A stretch of DNA of 64,000 nt from Pseudobdellovibrionaceae bacterium (GTDB lineage: Bacteria > Bdellovibrionota > Bdellovibrionia > Bdellovibrionales > Bdellovibrionaceae), in the NCBI GenBank assembly GCA_039810425.1, contig JBDHWW010000009.1, forward strand, positions 1-64,000, given 5' to 3'. Below the pieces are notes generated by a model that did no database searches, was not told where the DNA came from, and saw only the letters and a list, made by a program, of their open reading frames with translations. Every line of letters starts with the position of its first letter. Position 1 is the stretch's first letter. Positions 59,671-64,000 of this stretch are shown in pieces. A program made the position numbers and the translations under genes.

Positions 59671-61047
59671 CTAAATGCCTTCAAGAATCGATTTTTCAAT
59701 GATCTTGATCGCAAGGTCAATTTCCGTGTCCTGAATAACCGCCGGAACCAAGAAACGAACGCGCACCGGATCTTTACCGCAAGTAAAGCCGATCAAACCA
59801 TTCGCGTAGAACTTCTTCGTGAGTGCATCGACTTGTTCCTTCTTGCCGTCAAAGGGCGTGAAGGCGATCATTAAACCCATGCCGCCGGCGTCTTGGACCT
59901 TGCCTTTGCAAGTCGTTGCATTCAACTCGTTCAATTTTGAAATGAAGCGGTTGTGGATTTGCATGATACGCCCGTTTTTACCGAGGTATCCTTCTTGAAG
60001 CATATCAAGGATTTCAATACCAACACTCAACGAGGTTGACGAGCCTGAGAATGTACCGGCGATCAAACCAGGTTTTGGATTGTATTCTTCTGTGTAAAGA
60101 GTGCAGCCGACTTGGGCGGTTTTCGCCAAAGTGCAGATGTCAATGTATTGGCCGATACCCAGGGTTTCGAAAGCGAATAGTTCCCCTGTGCGGGTGAAAG
60201 TTTGCACCTCGTCCGCCCAAACAGCGATACCTTGTTCTCTGCAAAACTCGAGCATTGGCACAAAGAACTCACGAGGTGCCGCTTGATAACCGCCCTCGCC
60301 GAGCATGGGCTCAAACGCAAACGCGCAGATATTTTTTCCGTGCTTTGCAACGTGCTCTTTCATTGTTGCAAGGGCCTTGGCACCGCTTTGTGGATCGTTC
60401 TTGTCGTAAAAAGGAATGCGCAGAACTTCGTTATAGTCTGGCAGGCCTTGTTTATAAGCGGGATTGTCCGTCACTTCGGCCATCATCGTTGAACGGCCGG
60501 CAAAGGCATTTTTGAAACTCATTACCAAGCGGGCCGGAGAATTTTTTTGACGTGCCATTTTAAGCGCACTTTCATTCGCCATCGTTCCACAAGTTGAAAG
60601 CCACGCATATTTCAAACGGCTGTTCTTGCCCGCCAGTTGTACGATTTTCTCACTGAAGATTTCATACTCACGATTCGGCTGCAAGTTACCTTGAGTAATA
60701 ATGTCAGAAATCGCGCCACGAACAGCGGCCTTCATCACGCGCGGGTTTCCGTGACCCATTAAGTGAATACCGATACCGTTAATCAAATCGAGTTTGACAC
60801 TTCCATCTTCAAGTTCCACGAAAGGACCACGTCCCGCACCCGTCCCGACATAAGGATAGTGCAAAGGCCGACCACGGAATTGACCAACTTTATCGAACCA
60901 CTTCTTTCCCGCGTCGACAAACTCCGGCTGAGGGGCTTGTGGTCCTTTGATTTGCTCATTAATATTCGTTACTTCTTGAACGAGATCTTTAATGAGACTT
61001 TCAACTTTTGGAGATTCCGCGATTTTACGCCCAACAAGAGAATTCAT
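59671..61047 (-). CDS. Class III PLP aminotransferase (AstC/ArgD-like)
   Basis: GTMANE, FAGRS, EPMLGEGG, DEVQT, TLAK (PLP Lys) and GTFSG motifs. Confidence 0.88.
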   Translation of the reverse strand: MNSLVGRKIAESPKVESLIKDLVQEVTNINEQIKGPQAPQPEFVDAGKKWFDKVGQFRGRPLHYPYVGTGAGRGPFVELEDGSVKLDLINGIGIHLMGHGNPRVMKAAVRGAISDIITQGNLQPNREYEIFSEKIVQLAGKNSRLKYAWLSTCGTMANESALKMARQKNSPARLVMSFKNAFAGRSTMMAEVTDNPAYKQGLPDYNEVLRIPFYDKNDPQSGAKALATMKEHVAKHGKNICAFAFEPMLGEGGYQAAPREFFVPMLEFCREQGIAVWADEVQTFTRTGELFAFETLGIGQYIDICTLAKTAQVGCTLYTEEYNPKPGLIAGTFSGSSTSLSVGIEILDMLQEGYLGKNGRIMQIHNRFISKLNELNATTCKGKVQDAGGMGLMIAFTPFDGKKEQVDALTKKFYANGLIGFTCGKDPVRVRFLVPAVIQDTEIDLAIKIIEKSILEGI

Positions 61048-61104
61048 TTTTAACCTTCCATTGGTAATTGACTGATTTTCGCAGTTTAGTACAATTTCCC
61101 AATC

Positions 61105-62001
61105 ATGTCTTTGTTATTAAAAGTTCTATTTATATTCCTGGCTTTCATACCATCAGTCTACGCTGAAGAACCAGCAACGACGCAGCCCACAGCCGTCGAG
61201 CGTGAGGCGGGGACAACTAACGCTGCACCTCAAGACAAAAGCCCCGAAGTTCCTGCAGCGTCCGCACCTGAGCTGAGCTTTGAAGAATACTTCGGTCGCG
61301 GCACAAAGAGTTATCAAGAGAAGAAGTTCGAAGACGCGACTCTGAATTTCGAAAAAGCTCTGGACCTTCATCCGGATAGCGCCACCGTGTTAACGGATTT
61401 GGGTCTTAGCTACTTCCAATTGCAAAAGAAGGGCTTGTCGGTTGCCATGTTCCGACGCGCCCTTTACGTCGACCCGTCCCAAACAGTTGCGGAAGCGGCT
61501 CTGAAATTTGTCTTATCCCAGCTAGAGGTCAAAGAAATCCCCCACCAAATAGAAACTTATGAGCGCCTTCGCTCGTCAGTTCTGAATTCCTCATCGCTGA
61601 GCGGCTTTCACATTTTGACGGTACTCTCGCTGTTTAGCTGCGGTTTCATTTGGCTCCGTTTTTTGGGACGCCGTCGCAAAGCTTTTGAAGAAGAACAGGC
61701 TCCTCCTAACACGCCGGCCATCGGTTTATTGTTGGGATTAATTCTTATTCTTTCACTTTCCTTCACACTTTTGAAAATTTACGATCTCACGGTCCCGCGC
61801 GCCACCATCATTGCCGACAAAGTCAGTGCTCAAACAGCCCCTGGTGAGGGCCAAACCGGGCTTTTTGACCTCTACGCCGGTTTTGAGGTGATTGTCAGAA
61901 ATGCCGCAAATGATTGGATTCAGGTCAGCTACCCGGGCGGACTCACCGGTTGGGTGAAAAAAGACAGCCTGATGAGCACTTCCGGCAAAAATGCCTTTTG
62001 A
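61105..62001 (+). CDS. TPR + two TM + SH3b protein (BatE-like architecture)
   Basis: Signal peptide; TPR repeats; two TM segments; C-terminal WIQVSYPGGLTGWVKK. Confidence 0.75.
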   Translation: MSLLLKVLFIFLAFIPSVYAEEPATTQPTAVEREAGTTNAAPQDKSPEVPAASAPELSFEEYFGRGTKSYQEKKFEDATLNFEKALDLHPDSATVLTDLGLSYFQLQKKGLSVAMFRRALYVDPSQTVAEAALKFVLSQLEVKEIPHQIETYERLRSSVLNSSSLSGFHILTVLSLFSCGFIWLRFLGRRRKAFEEEQAPPNTPAIGLLLGLILILSLSFTLLKIYDLTVPRATIIADKVSAQTAPGEGQTGLFDLYAGFEVIVRNAANDWIQVSYPGGLTGWVKKDSLMSTSGKNAF

Positions 62002-62035
62002 CTCGACTGGGGGCCCTTATTAAACTCAGGGCCTT

Positions 62036-62800
62036 ATGATGCAAACACGCAGATTTATTCCATTTTTGTTAAACAGCCTGATCGCAAGCTTTATGGTTTT
62101 TTCCGGCCTTCTGGCCTGCTCAACCATGGATAAAAATAGTGACACTCCCGAAGGTGCTTACGGCATCGCGGAAGAGTTCGATAAAGACGAACGCTATGAA
62201 GAAGCCATTCGTCGCTACACCGAGGTAAAGAACAAATTCCCTTACAGCAACTTTGCGACAAAAGCGGAATTATCCATCGCGGATGTCTATTTCAAGCAAG
62301 AATCTTATCCAGAAGCACAAGTGAGCTATCAAGCCTTCCGCGAGCTTCACCCAAAGCACCCGCAGATTGATTACGTCATGTATCGCATCGGTATGAGCTA
62401 CTACAATCAGTTACCAACAAGCTTGGATCGGGATTTGACAGTGGCTCACGAAGTTCTCGCAAGCTTTGATGACTTGATGAAACGCTTTCCAAACTCCCAG
62501 TACATCAACGAGGCGGCCGACAAAAAGTTAGAAACGTTGAAAATGCTTGCCGGGAAAGAGGAGTACATCGCAGCTTTCTATTTCAAACGCGAAATGTACG
62601 ACAGTGCTTTGCCTCGCTATGAAGGTCTGGCTGCGAAATACCCGAAACTCGGCTTTGATGAAAAAGCGCTTTACGGCGCCGCAGTCAGTGCCAACAAGAT
62701 CGGTGATTCTTTCAAAGCGAAAAAGTACTTGAACGAATTATTGGCCAAGTTCCCGAATTCGTCTGAGACAAAAAGTGCGGCAAAGGAAATTAAGCTATGA
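62036..62800 (+). CDS. bamD: Outer membrane protein assembly factor BamD (ComL)
   Basis: Lipobox LLAC; FPYS, HPKHPQIDYVMY, DRD, FPNSQY and IAAFYFKR motifs. Confidence 0.9.
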   Translation: MMQTRRFIPFLLNSLIASFMVFSGLLACSTMDKNSDTPEGAYGIAEEFDKDERYEEAIRRYTEVKNKFPYSNFATKAELSIADVYFKQESYPEAQVSYQAFRELHPKHPQIDYVMYRIGMSYYNQLPTSLDRDLTVAHEVLASFDDLMKRFPNSQYINEAADKKLETLKMLAGKEEYIAAFYFKREMYDSALPRYEGLAAKYPKLGFDEKALYGAAVSANKIGDSFKAKKYLNELLAKFPNSSETKSAAKEIKL

Positions 62801-63519
62801 AATCTTTGAATGATGACATGCTGGCCGAGGCCCGCGAGTACTTTATCGACGGCAACTACAAAATGGCGGAGCCGATTTTGCAGCAAATGCTTTTGCAAAA
62901 CACCCGTAATCCAGAAGTTTACCAAATGCTGGCAACGATCTATTACGATAAAGGCCAGTTCAGCAAAGCGATTAAGACTTTCAAGCGCGCCCTTGAAATC
63001 GATCCAACTTACACCGACGCCAGCGTCGGTCTTTCGATCATCTTGAATGACTTAGGCAAATACGAAGAGGGCAAAGAAGTCTTCACCGATGCCCAGAACC
63101 AGCTCGAAAAGAAAAGTGGCAAGAATGATCCCTTTATCGAGGAAAAACTTTCTTCGAAACACGAAGAACTCGCGGATTTGTACTTCCAATACAAACGTTA
63201 CAACGAAGCCCTCGAACAGCTCCTCAAAGCACAGAGGCTTTCGACCCGTAAAGCTGAAATCACAATGCGTATCTCAGAGGTCTATGTCCAATTGGGACAA
63301 ACTGAGCGCGCCATTAAGGATCTTCGCGCGTTGATTCGCGAGTACCCACACTTTATTCCAGCCCGCCTAAAGCTCGGAGTTATCTATTACAACTCGAACA
63401 ATATTGCTGAGGCCACCGAGCAATGGGAGAATATTTTGATGCGGGATCCGCAACATCCTGAAGCATTGAAATATTTGAAAATGGCACAAGCAGCTGGCAT
63501 AACGTCCATCGAACTGTAG
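62797..63519 (+). CDS. Cytoplasmic tetratricopeptide-repeat protein
   Basis: Multiple TPR repeats; no signal peptide; ATGA overlap with bamD. Confidence 0.85.
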   Translation: MKSLNDDMLAEAREYFIDGNYKMAEPILQQMLLQNTRNPEVYQMLATIYYDKGQFSKAIKTFKRALEIDPTYTDASVGLSIILNDLGKYEEGKEVFTDAQNQLEKKSGKNDPFIEEKLSSKHEELADLYFQYKRYNEALEQLLKAQRLSTRKAEITMRISEVYVQLGQTERAIKDLRALIREYPHFIPARLKLGVIYYNSNNIAEATEQWENILMRDPQHPEALKYLKMAQAAGITSIEL

Positions 63520-63531
63520 AGGCAAAAGACT

Positions 63532-64000
63532 ATGGGACAAATTAAAAACGAAATGGTTCCTTTTATCACCCGCGAAGAAATCGCTGAGCTTGTTGAGGGC
63601 CTGGCACAACAGATCGAGTATGATTACGAAGGCAAAGAGATCGTTTTCATTTGCCCGCTTCGCGGATCTGTTCATTTGACAGCTGATTTAATGAGGCAAG
63701 TGGATTTGCCCCAGCAGGTGGACTTCGTCTACGTCAAAGCCGTTGAAAAAGGCGGCGCCATCAAAATCGTAAAAGACATCTCAGTGAATATTGCCGGTAA
63801 ACACGTGATCATCGTGGAAGAAATCATCGATACAGGCCGCACTCTGAGCTTCCTTAGAAACCGTTTGTTCGCTTCAGCGCCGGCATCACTCAAAATCGTC
63901 ACCCTCTTGGATAAGCCCGCACGCCGCGAACTTCCTATTAAAGCCGATTACATTGGTAAAACCATCGATGATCGTTATGTTGTGGGATATGGTATGGATT
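63532..64000 (+). CDS. hpt: Hypoxanthine phosphoribosyltransferase-like protein, runs off the window edge (not in ORF track)
   Basis: MGQIKNEMVPFITREEI...LRGS..TADL...VIIVEEIIDTGRTL...LLDKPARR...ADYIG...VVGYGMD. Confidence 0.8.
   Translation, partial: MGQIKNEMVPFITREEIAELVEGLAQQIEYDYEGKEIVFICPLRGSVHLTADLMRQVDLPQQVDFVYVKAVEKGGAIKIVKDISVNIAGKHVIIVEEIIDTGRTLSFLRNRLFASAPASLKIVTLLDKPARRELPIKADYIGKTIDDRYVVGYGMD

Overview
A 64-kb chromosomal window from a Gram-negative bacterium. Gene content and protein style suggest a Bdellovibrio-like predator (Bdellovibrionota); this is an inference, not a database result. Most of it is core genome: an mreB locus, glpD, pepP, xseAB-ispA-tlyA, an Rrf2-sufBCDS-nfu Fe-S operon, tolQRAB-glnE, a cyclophilin, motAB, typA-dusB, an ast-like operon ending in mltG, and bamD. 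I found no rRNA, tRNA, CRISPR array or intact transposase. The most interesting items are: (1) mreB without mreCD, heading a run that encodes a degenerate ECF sigma, a Cys-less anti-sigma-like membrane protein and an orphan histidine kinase, followed by lpoB; (2) an arginine-succinyltransferase-type operon lacking astB and astE, carrying an M20 amidohydrolase instead and coupled to mltG; (3) a two-gene unit behind a sigma54-type promoter encoding a 937-aa exported protein with a hydrophobic helical bundle; (4) a sigma28-type, apparently leaderless zinc-metalloprotease lipoprotein with an Ig-like partner; (5) a PQQ-dehydrogenase-like/cytochrome c/SH3b-like fusion lipoprotein; (6) two lipid-enzyme homologues that have lost catalytic residues; (7) a chemoreceptor gene frameshifted at an A7 run; (8) a probable IS21-type terminus at the left edge. 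All functional calls come from reading motifs by eye; no searches were run.
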